Below, piece after piece: positions 1 to 9,444 of a DNA stretch of 16,519 bases. Within the stretch, counting starts at the first letter, position 1. The number at the start of each line of letters is the position of its first letter. Source of the stretch: a virus (Duplodnaviria > Heunggongvirae > Uroviricota > Caudoviricetes); IMG/VR virus record IMGVR_UViG_2579778660_000005; one strand, written 5' to 3'. Position numbers and translations under genes: made by a program. The notes under the pieces were generated by a model. It saw only the letters and a program-made list of their open reading frames with translations. It searched no databases and was not told where the DNA came from.

Positions 1-1284
1 TTACAGACTTCTGGAAGGTTGCGCAGCTCTTACAACACGCGGTTGATCTTCCGCAGCGTCTTCCAGCGCACTTAAATCACGGTCTTTCACCTCTGGCATT
101 TTCAGCGCAGAGATTAAACCAATTACTGAATATGCCATGATCATAATGGCGATCGGATACCAGGATTCCGTCATGGTGCAGAAAATCCCCGCCAGGATAG
201 GACCAAAACCGGAAGCGATAAGACCACCAATTTCTTTAGAAATAGCCATCCGGGTAAAGCGGTTTTTACAGCCGAACATTTCTGCCATGGTAATGTTTTC
301 CAGAGCAAATAATCCCAGCACCGCACAGTTATGAATCACAATCAGTGCAACCATAATGGTGCTCGGGGCATAGCTTTTATCTACAATGATAGAAAGCATT
401 GGCCATGCCAGCACAATCGCGGAGGTATTCATAATAATATACGGGATCCGGCGACCAATTTTATCGGATAACCAACCAAGGAACGGAATGGTCATAAAGC
501 CGAGAATCGAACTAATCATCAATGCATCTGTTGGAATTGCTTTGTTAAACAATAACGTCTGCACTAAATAGCCTGCAAGGAAAGTCTGAATTAACCCGGA
601 GTTACCCGCCTGACCAAAACGCAGCCCTGTTGCCAGCCAGAAGGATTTGCTCTGGAACATGCTACCAGCAGGTGCAGGTTTTGCTGTGGGTTGGTTGCTG
701 TCATTAACCTTCTCAAAGACCGGGCTTTCTTTCAGATTCATACGTAACCAGATAGCAAAGACCATCACGACAACGCTCGCCAGGAACGGTATACGCCATC
801 CCCACGCCAGCAGTTCCTCTTTACTGAGAATGAAGAACATAAAGGCCCAGATTGCCGTTGCGCTCAAGGTTCCGCAGTTAGTTCCCATAGCTACAAATGA
901 GGAGATAATTCCGCGCTTACCTTTTGGTGCATATTCCGCCAGCATCGTACCGGCACCGGAAATTTCCGCACCTGCACCCAACCCCTGAATAATACGCAGC
1001 GTCACCAGCAAGATGGGGGCAAAAACACCAATCTGTGCATAGGTCGGTAACACACCAATTAAGGTGGTACAGATCCCCATCATGGTGATGGTAATAAAGA
1101 GCACTTTTTTACGCCCTATTCTGTCGCCCATTTTGCCGAAAATAAATGCTCCGACAATACGCGCCACATAACCTGCACCGTAGGTTCCCATTGCCAAAAT
1201 TAACGCCATTGCCGTTGATGATTCAGGAAAAAATATTTCATGAAACACTAACGCTGCGCCGAGCGAATATAACTGGAAATCCAT
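1..1284 (-). CDS. ydfJ: MFS-type metabolite:H+ symporter (ProP/KgtP-like); N-terminus appears shortened
   Basis: 427-aa ORF with many hydrophobic helices and the MFS loop motif G-x-x-G-D-R-x-G-R-K-K starting near residue 50; aligns from memory with ProP starting at about ProP residue 25; an in-frame TGA lies two codons upstream of the ATG. Confidence 0.85.
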   Translation of the reverse strand: MDFQLYSLGAALVFHEIFFPESSTAMALILAMGTYGAGYVARIVGAFIFGKMGDRIGRKKVLFITITMMGICTTLIGVLPTYAQIGVFAPILLVTLRIIQGLGAGAEISGAGTMLAEYAPKGKRGIISSFVAMGTNCGTLSATAIWAFMFFILSKEELLAWGWRIPFLASVVVMVFAIWLRMNLKESPVFEKVNDSNQPTAKPAPAGSMFQSKSFWLATGLRFGQAGNSGLIQTFLAGYLVQTLLFNKAIPTDALMISSILGFMTIPFLGWLSDKIGRRIPYIIMNTSAIVLAWPMLSIIVDKSYAPSTIMVALIVIHNCAVLGLFALENITMAEMFGCKNRFTRMAISKEIGGLIASGFGPILAGIFCTMTESWYPIAIMIMAYSVIGLISALKMPEVKDRDLSALEDAAEDQPRVVRAAQPSRSL

Positions 1285-2068
1285 AATTCACAGGTGTTTT
1301 TTCCCATCCTGTGGTTTCCTTGGCGTTTTCTAGGTTTTTTCAGATAGTTGCATTTTTTAAAAAGCATCCTAAGTTCGATCTCAGTGTCTATCTGGGGCCT
1401 ATTTCTGTCCCATATATGCCCCAAAAAGACTCCCCAACAGATAAGTAGTTTTTCATGGATTTACGCGTAAAATCAATAACGGCTGGAAATCATTCAATAC
1501 TCGCACTATCGAAAAATTTACCAGCCAACCGCAGCACGTTCTTGCATAAGGCGTGTCTGCGGTTTTTCAACTATTCAGATAAATCACTCCCATCACATTC
1601 ATTCCTCCGCATCAAAGGCATATAGGCTATATCACCTTGATATTTTTCTTCTTCAGATAAAAACTGTTATCTATGTATACTTTTAAACCCAATCCGTGTA
1701 GAGTCTCTGCATAAGATAGTTTGCAGTTGCCGCTTCAGCTTGCGCCATAAACCGCCTGATTTTTGCTGCCACCTGTTAGCATTCCTGTATACCTGAAACG
1801 ACAATGTTTATCTACGAACTTTAAGAACACCCAAGATAAAAATTGTCAACTATATCATATATAACACATTACTAATTCGAGGCTATATGAACAGCATACT
1901 GATAATCACTTCTCTCCTTATCATATTCAGCATTTTTAGTCATGCCCTAATAAAATTAGGGATTGGCATATCCAATAACCCAGACAAAACCGATGTATAA
2001 GCCAACATATCCTGAATCAGACATACAATATCGCAATGAAAATCAATAATATTTTAAGGAATATCTTC

Positions 2069-2302
2069 ATGAAATCAAAAGACACCCTAAAGTGGTTCCC
2101 TGCGCAGCTTCCTGAAGTAAGAATTATCCTAGGGGATGCTGTAGTGGAAGTAGCAAAACAGGGAAGACCTATCAATACCAGAACATTGCTTGATTACATT
2201 GAAGGAAACATAAAGAAAAAATCATGGCTGGATAACAAAGAATTATTACAAACAGCGATATCAGTTCTTAAAGACAACCAAAATTTAAATGGTAAAATGT
2301 AA
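2069..2302 (+). CDS. ydfK: YdfK/YnaE-family small protein (77 aa)
   Basis: ORF track gives 88 aa from 2036; internal ATG at 2069 is preceded by AAGGA at 2056..2060 and matches the remembered YdfK start MKSKDTLKWF. Confidence 0.7.
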   Translation: MKSKDTLKWFPAQLPEVRIILGDAVVEVAKQGRPINTRTLLDYIEGNIKKKSWLDNKELLQTAISVLKDNQNLNGKM

Positions 2303-2618
2303 TATAATAAACTTACTTTTTTATCATTTTTCCACTTTAACAACATTTTGCTCCACTTTTCCACGACCAAACAACTTGAAATCTGGTTAAAATAACACGC
2401 AACACTATTCTTCTTCCTTGAGTCCGCCCGGAACTCGAAAAACAAACCGAGTTAAAGCCATTTTTCACAAAATCGATTTTGGGTCTCACCAAAATTACGG
2501 GGTTGCATACGCATTCGTTTATTTTCGAACGTGTACATACAAATATGCACAAAAATAATCAAAATTATTTTCTGAGATGCATTATGATATGAACACCAAT
2601 TTCGTATAGAGTCTCACT

Positions 2619-3209
2619 ATGTCTCGAATTTTTGCTTACTGTCGGATATCAACGCTGGATCAGACCACCGAAAATCAACGCCGGGAAATCGAAAGTGCAG
2701 GTTTTAAAATCAAACCTCAGCAAATAATCGAAGAACACATTAGCGGCTCAGCAGCAACCAGTGAGCGTCCTGGTTTTAACCGGTTGCTTGCTCGCCTGAA
2801 ATGTGGTGATCAATTGATTGTGACAAAACTGGATCGCCTTGGTTGTAATGCAATGGATATCAGGAAAACAGTGGAACAACTGACCGAAACAGGTATCAGA
2901 GTGCATTGCTTAGCATTGGGGGGCATTGACCTGACCAGTCCAACAGGAAAAATGATGATGCAAGTAATTTCAGCAGTCGCTGAATTTGAACGAGACCTTT
3001 TACTTGAACGCACTCATTCCGGGATAGTAAGAGCCCGCGGCGCAGGGAAACGTTTTGGTCGACCACCTGTGTTAAATGAAGAACAGAAACAGGTGGTATT
3101 CGAACGAATTAAGTCAGGTGTAAGTATAAGTGCCATTGCCCGGGAATTCAAAACCTCGCGGCAAACCATTTTAAGAGCCAAAGCAAAACTTCAGACACCT
3201 GACATATAA
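2619..3209 (+). CDS. pinQ: Serine recombinase, Gin/Hin/Pin-family DNA invertase
   Basis: 196 aa; N-terminal catalytic motif YCRISTLDQ and C-terminal HTH region typical of Pin/Gin invertases. Confidence 0.93.
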
Positions 3210-3306
3210 AAAATAATCTCGGTGTGAGATGCTTTACGTCTTCCAAGCCCCCTTCCTTGCCGTAAATGGAAAGATACATCTAATTATAGAATTTATATGT
3301 TTTACC

Positions 3307-3882
3307 CTACGGCAGTGCTGGCCATTCAATATCCTGTGCAGTTGACGTATCAACACGGTTCAGCAATACCCGATACTTTTTCCATGCTTCCAGCAACGAG
3401 ATTTCTTCCTCCGTTGCAATTTCCAGATCTGCAGCATCCTGAAGCGGCGCAATATGCTCACTGGCTACCTGCATCAGGTTGTTTTTTGTTTCTTCCGCCT
3501 CCCGGATCCGGAACAGTTTTTCTGCTTCCGTATCCTTCACCCAGGCTGTGCCGTTCCACTTCTGAAACTCCCCTTCCGGCGATAACCAGGTAACATTTTC
3601 CGGTAACGGACCGAGTTCAGAAATAAATAACGCGTCCCCTGATGCCACGTCATAAACTGTTTTACCCCGATGGTCTTCAACAAGATGCCACGATGCCTCA
3701 TCACTGTTGAAAACAGCCACGAAGCCTGCCGGAATATCTGGCGGTGCAATATCGGTACTGTTTGCTGGCAGACCTGTATGAGGCGGAATATATGCGTCAC
3801 CTTCACCAATAAATTCATTAGTTCCGGCCAGCAGATTATAAATTTTTATGGTCTGTGGTTGTTCACTCATTCTGAATGCCAT
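3307..3882 (-). CDS. tfaQ: Tail fibre assembly protein (Tfa)
   Basis: 191 aa recalled as lambdoid Tfa; start ATG overlaps the stop of the upstream tail-fibre ORF (TAATG arrangement). Confidence 0.85.
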   Translation of the reverse strand: MAFRMSEQPQTIKIYNLLAGTNEFIGEGDAYIPPHTGLPANSTDIAPPDIPAGFVAVFNSDEASWHLVEDHRGKTVYDVASGDALFISELGPLPENVTWLSPEGEFQKWNGTAWVKDTEAEKLFRIREAEETKNNLMQVASEHIAPLQDAADLEIATEEEISLLEAWKKYRVLLNRVDTSTAQDIEWPALP

Positions 3883-4796
3883 TATGCAAGCCTCACAATA
3901 TAGTTAAATGCGATGTTTTTGACGGTGTTTTCCGCGTTACCAGCAGCGTTAACGGTGATGGTGTGTCCATGTGAACCAATCGCAACGGAGTGCGTATGAG
4001 CACCAATACCGACAGTATGTGCGTGAGCACCTGCAGATGCAGCTGTGCCGCTGACACTATGAGTGTGCGCTCCTGCAGCACTTGTATTCACACTGGCCGC
4101 AGACACTACCTTATGTACTGACCCATTTTGTGACCACTGGCTGATTGCTGATGCGCCTGTGACACTATGAGTATGGTTTCCGGCACTTGCGGCTGTACCG
4201 CTCACACTGTGCGTATGCGCCCCGGTGTTATTCGTGGATTTAGTGCCGTAATCAAACGACGATGTGGTTTTCGTCCCCAAATCCGTACTGGATGCGCTGG
4301 CGCTGTGGGTGTGCGATTTAATGCCGTCCTGTTCCTGAGACAATACGGCCCGACCACTGGCAGGTTTGCCCTTAATCGTCCAGCCACGCATATCAGGGAT
4401 CACGCCTGACGGATAAGCGGCTGCAAGTTTCGGGTAAGCAGATTTGTCAAAAGTCTGCCCCTGCATCAGGGCATAACCAGACGGAACGGTATCTGATGGC
4501 CACGGGATTGGTGCACCGACTGGATAAAACTCTGCAGGAGGATGAGCCGAGGTGTAAAGCTGCGCCCACGGCGACCAGTTTGCGTCGGTCGTATCCCGTC
4601 GTGAACGAATAAATGCCGGAGCATGAGCACCGCTTGTACCACTCCAGCCGATGAGTAACTCACCTTCGCCAACGGCTGTCATCCCTTTCAGGTGAATGAT
4701 ATTTCCATACGCTGTTGGATATCCGTTGTTATACACCTCGTATAACTCAAGACCTGCTGCCCCCTGCGTATTGTCTGTCAGCGCGGCTAACCGCAC
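3882..4796 (-). CDS. stfQ: Side tail fibre protein, C-terminal receptor-binding fragment (GTG start at a deletion junction; N-terminal part missing)
   Basis: 304 aa rich in Gly/Ser/Thr with repeated [15 protein letters not shown] His-x-His motifs typical of tail-fibre tips; starts with GTG at 4796 directly after an in-frame TGA and overlapping the stop of the L fragment. Confidence 0.65.
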   Translation of the reverse strand: MRLAALTDNTQGAAGLELYEVYNNGYPTAYGNIIHLKGMTAVGEGELLIGWSGTSGAHAPAFIRSRRDTTDANWSPWAQLYTSAHPPAEFYPVGAPIPWPSDTVPSGYALMQGQTFDKSAYPKLAAAYPSGVIPDMRGWTIKGKPASGRAVLSQEQDGIKSHTHSASASSTDLGTKTTSSFDYGTKSTNNTGAHTHSVSGTAASAGNHTHSVTGASAISQWSQNGSVHKVVSAASVNTSAAGAHTHSVSGTAASAGAHAHTVGIGAHTHSVAIGSHGHTITVNAAGNAENTVKNIAFNYIVRLA

Positions 4797-5338
4797 TCAT
4801 CACCGCGATAGGTCCAGGTGCAGGTGTTGGCCAGCATGATACGTCCCGGAAAAACAGCGCCGTCCGTTTCCGTCGGTGTGGACAACACAAAGGAGGCACT
4901 GACCGCACTCAGTTCGCTGCACTGCTCGATGCGCCAGCGGCTGATCACCTCCTGCTCCGGATCGGCGTCGCTGTTTCCGTTGACGAAGTTCACCGCATCC
5001 AGAAAACGGGCGTAAACCTTACGCCTGACCACCGTTCCGCCGACCAGACTCTGCAGGTCTTCCGCCATCCCGGTGACCATGCCGTGCAGGTTAGAAACCG
5101 TCAGTGTCGGACGGGCAGCACTGCCCTTGCCGTTCAGTTCAAATCCCGTCCCCTGAATGGGGTATGCCTGATACTGCCGCCCCTGCCAGGTAACCGGCTC
5201 ACCTTTTTCGTTCTGCTCATTACAGAAAAAATAACGTTCACCACCGACCTCTGTCAGATCGATTTCCCAGAGCACCACCTGGGCTGACTGAGTGAGGCGT
5301 GTCGTCTCATGATGTGTTTCCTGTGGAATATCCTGCAG
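4787..5338 (-). pseudogene. Tail tip protein L fragment (lambda gpL homolog lacking its ATG and about 50 C-terminal residues)
   Basis: Residues QDIPQETHH...VVLWEIDLTEVGGERYFFCNEQNEKGEPVTWQGRQYQ...[12 protein letters not shown] match remembered lambda L nearly residue for residue; CTG at 5336..5338 replaces the initiator; stop follows ECG. Confidence 0.8.
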
Positions 5339-5831
5339 CGCCCCTAAATTGCCGCGGGCCAGTTCACCTATCAGAACGCCTATCTCCTGGCGGGCTGCTG
5401 CACTTTTCAGACCCAGCGAATGCGTGGCTTTTCCTGCCTGCTCCATTTTGCGGATATACACTTCTGCAGCACTGCTTACCCCCAGCTGGGCTGCCTTAGC
5501 ACGAAGCAACTCAGAAGATGAAAGATTCAGGCGGGTTGACATCACTGGCCGGAATGAGTTGTGCCGTTTCCTGTTCGAACTTAAGACGCTCACGTTCAGA
5601 CTGATACCAGGCTTTGCGCTCATGCGCGTCCATTTCGCCTTCTGCAACCGGCGGTGGTAATGCCAGAAATGCCGACACAATATCAACCACCCGATAAAGC
5701 TTGAGGTTGCTTTCATGCCCCCCTGCAACGGGTAGATTTTGCAGCCTTGCCGCAGCAGTCTGGCGATGTACACCTGACAGTGCCGCCAGTTGACTGATAT
5801 TCAGCGTCAGATTTTTTAACTCTCGATCCAT
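5339..5831 (-). pseudogene. nohQ: Terminase small subunit, Nu1-like (NohA family), frameshifted near 5535 and continuing in frame into the L fragment
   Basis: 106-aa frame (5511..5831) resembles the lambda Nu1 N-terminus; a second frame open from about 5542 carries Nu1-like C-terminal similarity and runs without stop into L. Confidence 0.55.
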
Positions 5832-6002
5832 ACCCGCTCCAGAATGTTTTAAACATGCATCTTGCGAACAACTTTAGGCAAACGGTGTTAGTGATGAACA
5901 AAAAACAATCAAAATCGACACCATAAAAATAAAACCACTGTAATATCAATCTATTACAGTGGTGGTGATGACGAATGAAATTTCAAAAACTAGCCTTTTT
6001 CC

Positions 6003-6022
6003 GCGACGCTCCCGCCCCGTGG
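6003..6022 (-). other. cos-like site (cosN remnant)
   Basis: Minus-strand CACGGGGCGGGAGCGTCGCGGAAAAAGG resembles remembered lambda cosN ACGGGGCGGCGACCTCGCGGGTTTTCG; lies about 180 bp upstream of the Nu1-like start, as in lambda. Confidence 0.35.
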
Positions 6023-6383
6023 CAGGCCACCCCACCGGGAGGACCCGACAGCCTGACAACCGTGACGAGCATCTGAAACAGAGCTTTACATAATGGCATG
6101 GGGATAATTCAGAAGGACATCACAGCATGCCCACACAAATTAGTGTGAGTGTCCTGTTTCTTACTACGCGCAGGACTGACGAGCATGAGGGGAAAATACG
6201 AGAACCGAAATGCCTTATCTTCAGAAATGCAGCCAGCATCCGAACTGGACGATATTGTAAATTCACCTAAATACGAGGCATTGCTGTAGTTGAATTACAG
6301 TACTGTATTAGCCTGACAGTGACAGAATACGATATTGACTCTGTCACTTGTGAAATGGTCAGAATGGTTAGCAGTTATGGTGA

Positions 6384-6590
6384 TCAATCAACCACCAGGG
6401 AATAATCCTTCGTATTCTTATCGTGCTTCACTAACGCTGCCTCAATTGCCCTGAATGCTTCCAGAGATACTTGATGTTCTATACATGCAATTATAACATC
6501 CGGGTAACTCATCGAAATGGTGCTATTAAGCATAGTTTTTACACGAACCTGCTCCTGGGAGGGGGCCTCAGTACATTGATCTTTATGCAT
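6384..6590 (-). CDS. Hypothetical small protein (possibly YnfO-like); start uncertain
   Basis: 68-aa ORF divergent from ydfO across a 290-bp intergenic region; no recognised motif. Confidence 0.35.
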   Translation of the reverse strand: MHKDQCTEAPSQEQVRVKTMLNSTISMSYPDVIIACIEHQVSLEAFRAIEAALVKHDKNTKDYSLVVD

Positions 6591-6775
6591 TTTATCGCTC
6601 CATGCGTTTGTTCTTCACTTGTCGCTAAAAATATAACTTCAAATCTTTGAGCGTGGAAGTGTGGAAGTCACTGCGCGTTGATCTTGCATACATCGGTCGT
6701 TTGTTTTCCCCCCTGGCATATCAGAAAAACCAGGTTTTATAGCGGAATCAATACTATGTATTTTCCACCTGACTT

Positions 6776-6805
6776 TTGACACAAATCATCAATAAAACAT
6801 ATAAA
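6776..6805 (+). promoter_or_regulatory. Candidate sigma70 promoter for ydfO (TTGACA, 18-nt spacer, TATAAA)
   Basis: -35 TTGACA at 6776..6781 and -10 TATAAA at 6800..6805, about 75 bp upstream of the ydfO start. Confidence 0.4.
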
Positions 6806-6878
6806 GGTCAGACCAGATTGAAACGATAAAAACGATCTTGCAAACTACGTGCCCTCATACCATATGGAAGGTTTATCT

Positions 6879-7289
6879 ATGGATCAGGTAGTCATTTTTA
6901 AACAAATATTTGATAAAGTTCGAAACGATTTAAACTATCAATGGTTTTATTCTGAGCTAAAACGTCACAATGTCTCACATTACATTTACTATTTAGCTAC
7001 AGATAATGTTCATATTGTATTAAAAAATGATAATACAGTGTTATTAAAGGGCCTAAAAAACATTGTGTCTGTCAAATTTTCAAAGGATAGGCATCTTATA
7101 GAAACGACCTCTAATAAGCTGAAATCCAGTGAGATCACATTTCAGGAATACAGAAGAAACCTTGCTAAAGCAGGAGTTTTTCGGTGGGTTACAAATATCC
7201 ACGAACAAAAAAGATATTACTATACCTTTGATAATTCATTACTCTTTACTGAAAACATACAGAGCACATCACAAATATTTCCACACTAA
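6879..7289 (+). CDS. ydfO: YdfO-like protein (DUF1398)
   Basis: ORF track starts at a GTG (6849); ATG at 6879 is preceded by GGAAGG at 6866..6871 and gives 136 aa starting MDQVVIFKQ, matching remembered YdfO. Confidence 0.75.
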   Translation: MDQVVIFKQIFDKVRNDLNYQWFYSELKRHNVSHYIYYLATDNVHIVLKNDNTVLLKGLKNIVSVKFSKDRHLIETTSNKLKSSEITFQEYRRNLAKAGVFRWVTNIHEQKRYYYTFDNSLLFTENIQSTSQIFPH

Positions 7290-7608
7290 ACCATAACGTC
7301 CGGTTTTTTCTACCCCAGCACCGGACTGGCTGACATAAAGAGCAACCCCACGTTAAGTTGACGCGTTAATAACCCGGTGTACATCGTTTTTGATTATTCC
7401 CCCACACTCGCGCAGAAGGAGTTCCCCGTCAGGCTACAGTCATAATTAATGCAGGAGCACAGCGACGATACAGCGCACAGAAACAAATCAGGCATCCATT
7501 AACTTCACACAAACGATGCATTGCATCGACAGGAGTAATGGCGTAAGTTGGATTCTTGGCGCTCTTTCGCCACCGGCGAATCTTCAGCGGATTATCCTTG
7601 GCCTGTTT

Positions 7609-8088
7609 TTATCTGAGGCATTGCTCACGAATGTATCGCTGTGCCCCCTCCAGTTGTTTTTGCATTATGATCAGTCTTTCTCTGAGGGAGAAATAATCCC
7701 GTTCAGCGGTGTCTGCCAGTCTGGGGGAGGTTGCATTATCCACGCCGGAGGCGATGGTGGCTTCACGCACAGACGGACAGATTGCTTTGATGTGCAACCG
7801 ACGACGACCAGCGGCAACATCATCACGCAGAGCATCATTTTCAGCTTTCGCATCAGCTAACTCCTTCAGGTATTTTGCATCGAGTGCAGCAACATCACGC
7901 TGGCGTATCTGCATGTCAGTAATGATTGCGGTCGCCTGGTTGAGTTTTTCCGACACATTATCGCGTTGCGCTTTGTAGGTAATGGCATTATCACGGTAAT
8001 GATTAACAGCCCATGACAGGCAGACGATGATGCAGATAACCAGAGCATAAATAATCGCGGCAACTCTGCTCACTGCTCTATCCCCCAA
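7609..8088 (-). CDS. rzpQ: Spanin inner-membrane subunit Rz (i-spanin)
   Basis: 159 aa; N-terminal TM helix [33 protein letters not shown] and coiled-coil region near-identical to remembered lambda Rz. Confidence 0.9.
   Translation of the reverse strand: MGDRAVSRVAAIIYALVICIIVCLSWAVNHYRDNAITYKAQRDNVSEKLNQATAIITDMQIRQRDVAALDAKYLKELADAKAENDALRDDVAAGRRRLHIKAICPSVREATIASGVDNATSPRLADTAERDYFSLRERLIIMQKQLEGAQRYIREQCLR
7671..7853 (-). CDS. rzoQ: Spanin outer-membrane lipoprotein Rz1 (o-spanin), embedded in Rz in the +1 frame
   Basis: 60 aa with lipobox LVVVGC and proline-rich core [18 protein letters not shown], very close to remembered lambda Rz1. Confidence 0.85.
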   Translation of the reverse strand: MRKLKMMLCVMMLPLVVVGCTSKQSVRLCVKPPSPPAWIMQPPPDWQTPLNGIISPSEKD

Positions 8089-8603
8089 CAGGCTAATGCG
8101 CTTTCCTGGTCACGACGAATAACCTGACCATAACAGTTATTTGAACGAATGCGGCAATCGCGCCCCCTGTCCTTAATCCACCAGCGAATCGCCTCGCAGG
8201 CACCTTTACGATCACCTGCATTCAGCCGTTTATAAAACGTCGACGGAAAACACTTACCGGGGCCAATGTTATAGGGACAAAATGACGCGATACCCGCTTT
8301 CTGGGGTTCGGTCAGCGGCACTTTAATATTGCGCTCCACCCATGCCAGCGCCTTATCGCGTTCAATGGCATTAACCTGAGCACATTTTTCCTTCGTCAGT
8401 TTCATGCCCGGAATAACAGATTTACCATCCACCATCGTGGCACCACGACAGATGGTCCATATGCCGGAACCATCGCGGTATGCCGTAGTGTGGTTACCCT
8501 CTTTTTCATCCAGAAACTGGTCAAGTATCTGTGGAGCTGATGCGCCTGCTCCAATCAGCGCCAGAGCTGCAGCTGACAGGCCGTATTTGATTTTTGCGTT
8601 CAT
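8070..8603 (-). CDS. rrrQ: SAR endolysin (phage-21 R-type lysozyme)
   Basis: 177 aa; weakly hydrophobic Gly/Ala-rich N-terminal signal-anchor-release helix [16 protein letters not shown], then E...D...T lysozyme motif region. Confidence 0.9.
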   Translation of the reverse strand: MNAKIKYGLSAAALALIGAGASAPQILDQFLDEKEGNHTTAYRDGSGIWTICRGATMVDGKSVIPGMKLTKEKCAQVNAIERDKALAWVERNIKVPLTEPQKAGIASFCPYNIGPGKCFPSTFYKRLNAGDRKGACEAIRWWIKDRGRDCRIRSNNCYGQVIRRDQESALACWGIEQ

Positions 8604-8658
8604 GGATATTTATCAGGATGCTACCAATGAAAGATACTGGAAAGCCAACCGCAAAAAG

Positions 8659-8973
8659 CTAACAACCCGTAATCGAGTTATCAGAACTGTTAATTTTTAT
8701 GGTATACCGCGCCTCTGAACAGGGGCGCGTTTCTGGCAACAGCTCGTCCCCTTCACATAACCCGGCAGCAACATCCAGGAAGACCTGTCTGATGCTCCTT
8801 CTGGCTGCTGCCTCATAAAACTCCAGCGCGGCACCTTCAACACGGACCAGCGAGATGTCCAGGTCAAAAATTTCACCGTCAAAGCGTTCTTTGTCCCGTA
8901 ACGCTAAAGTTACCGTAACTTTATTCTCAAAATTGCGGATCCCTTTCACAATCAGTTCATATTTTTGAGTCAT
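8659..8973 (-). CDS. ydfR: YdfR-like protein (DUF1327) inside the lysis cassette
   Basis: 104-aa ORF between holin and endolysin genes, the same position as ydfR in Qin-type prophages. Confidence 0.65.
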   Translation of the reverse strand: MTQKYELIVKGIRNFENKVTVTLALRDKERFDGEIFDLDISLVRVEGAALEFYEAAARRSIRQVFLDVAAGLCEGDELLPETRPCSEARYTIKINSSDNSITGC

Positions 8974-8977
8974 TGAA

Positions 8978-9193
8978 TTACTCTCCCCGTGCAGCCTTAC
9001 GCTTGTCTTCTTTAATCTTGAAATAAAGGTTTGTCAGGTACGTCAGCAGGCCAAATACCAGGCTACCCAGCACACCTATTGCTGCCCACTGTGAGGGCGT
9101 GACTTTATCGAGCAGCTGTAAAAACCAGTAGCCAGCACTGCCTGCGGAGGTGCCGTAGGCAATGCCTGTTGAAATTTTGTCCATGGATTTCAT
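8978..9193 (-). CDS. essQ: Pinholin, S21-like class II holin with dual-start motif (71 aa)
   Basis: Sequence [26 protein letters not shown]...[13 protein letters not shown] matches remembered S21; two in-frame ATGs at 9193 and 9184 (minus) preceded by GGAGGTGA; the 90-aa track ORF is an unsupported upstream extension. Confidence 0.88.
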   Translation of the reverse strand: MKSMDKISTGIAYGTSAGSAGYWFLQLLDKVTPSQWAAIGVLGSLVFGLLTYLTNLYFKIKEDKRKAARGE

Positions 9194-9295
9194 AGCCTCA
9201 CCTCCGCACGGAACGGATGGCATAGTTATTATGTGTAGGCTTCCAGACACATCAATCAGAGCCTTAATTGATATATATGCTGGAGACGATGCAAT

Positions 9296-9319
9296 ATAAA
9301 AAGCTCGCCGTAGCGAGCT
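9296..9319 (-). terminator. Rho-independent terminator (minus strand) between lipoprotein gene and holin
   Basis: Minus-strand AGCTCGC-TACG-GCGAGCT stem-loop followed by TTTTT. Confidence 0.55.
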
Positions 9320-9444
9320 AATAAAATGTATTTCTCTGATATTATGTTTATTTGTATTAGCTCAGACTTGACATCACAGGTTTCGTATATAGAACATCAT
9401 CAAATCTGTCAGTTTGCTATGAATGAGATATAGTAATTGAAGAG

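Noticed and set aside
137-988. Plus-strand ORFs 137..334, 386..571 and 647..988
   Set aside because: Fully inside the MFS transporter gene on the opposite strand; antisense shadow ORFs
2194-2552. Minus-strand ORFs 2194..2445 and 2337..2552
   Set aside because: Overlap ydfK and its AT-rich flank; low-complexity translations, no RBS
3210-3306. Gin/Pin crossover site (gix/pix-like 26-bp inverted half-sites) between pin and tfa
   Set aside because: Only a weak ATCTC-N5-GAGAT repeat found; no convincing TTATC-AAACC/GGTTT-GATAA pattern, so no site is annotated
3297-4672. ORFs overlapping tfaQ and stfQ (3297..3593, 3537..3818, 3670..3903, 3893..4081, 4167..4409, 4202..4387, 4466..4672)
   Set aside because: All lie inside well-supported tail-fibre genes in other frames or on the other strand
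4787-5773. 328-aa ORF in the track that looks like one large gene
   Set aside because: Its first 77 residues look non-coding and overlap the real Nu1-like frame; the rest is a Nu1-like tail fused to a gpL fragment, so it is a composite of pseudogene pieces
4715-5949. ORFs 4715..5287, 4818..5015, 5299..5499, 5349..5660 and 5713..5949
   Set aside because: Shadow ORFs in the GC-rich L/Nu1 remnant region; no independent support
7290-7608. Terminator between ydfO and Rz
   Set aside because: Inverted repeat GTCCGGT/ACCGGAC has a 15-nt loop with the T-run inside the loop; not a convincing intrinsic terminator
7516-8063. ORFs 7516..7860, 7709..7978 and 7866..8063
   Set aside because: Lie within or opposite Rz; only Rz1 (7671..7853) is a known embedded gene
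8404-8882. ORFs 8404..8718 and 8697..8882
   Set aside because: Overlap the endolysin and ydfR in other frames or on the other strand
8978-9250. 90-aa version of the holin ORF
   Set aside because: The S21-like dual-start motif with strong RBS sits at internal ATGs 9193/9184; the 19-codon extension has no RBS
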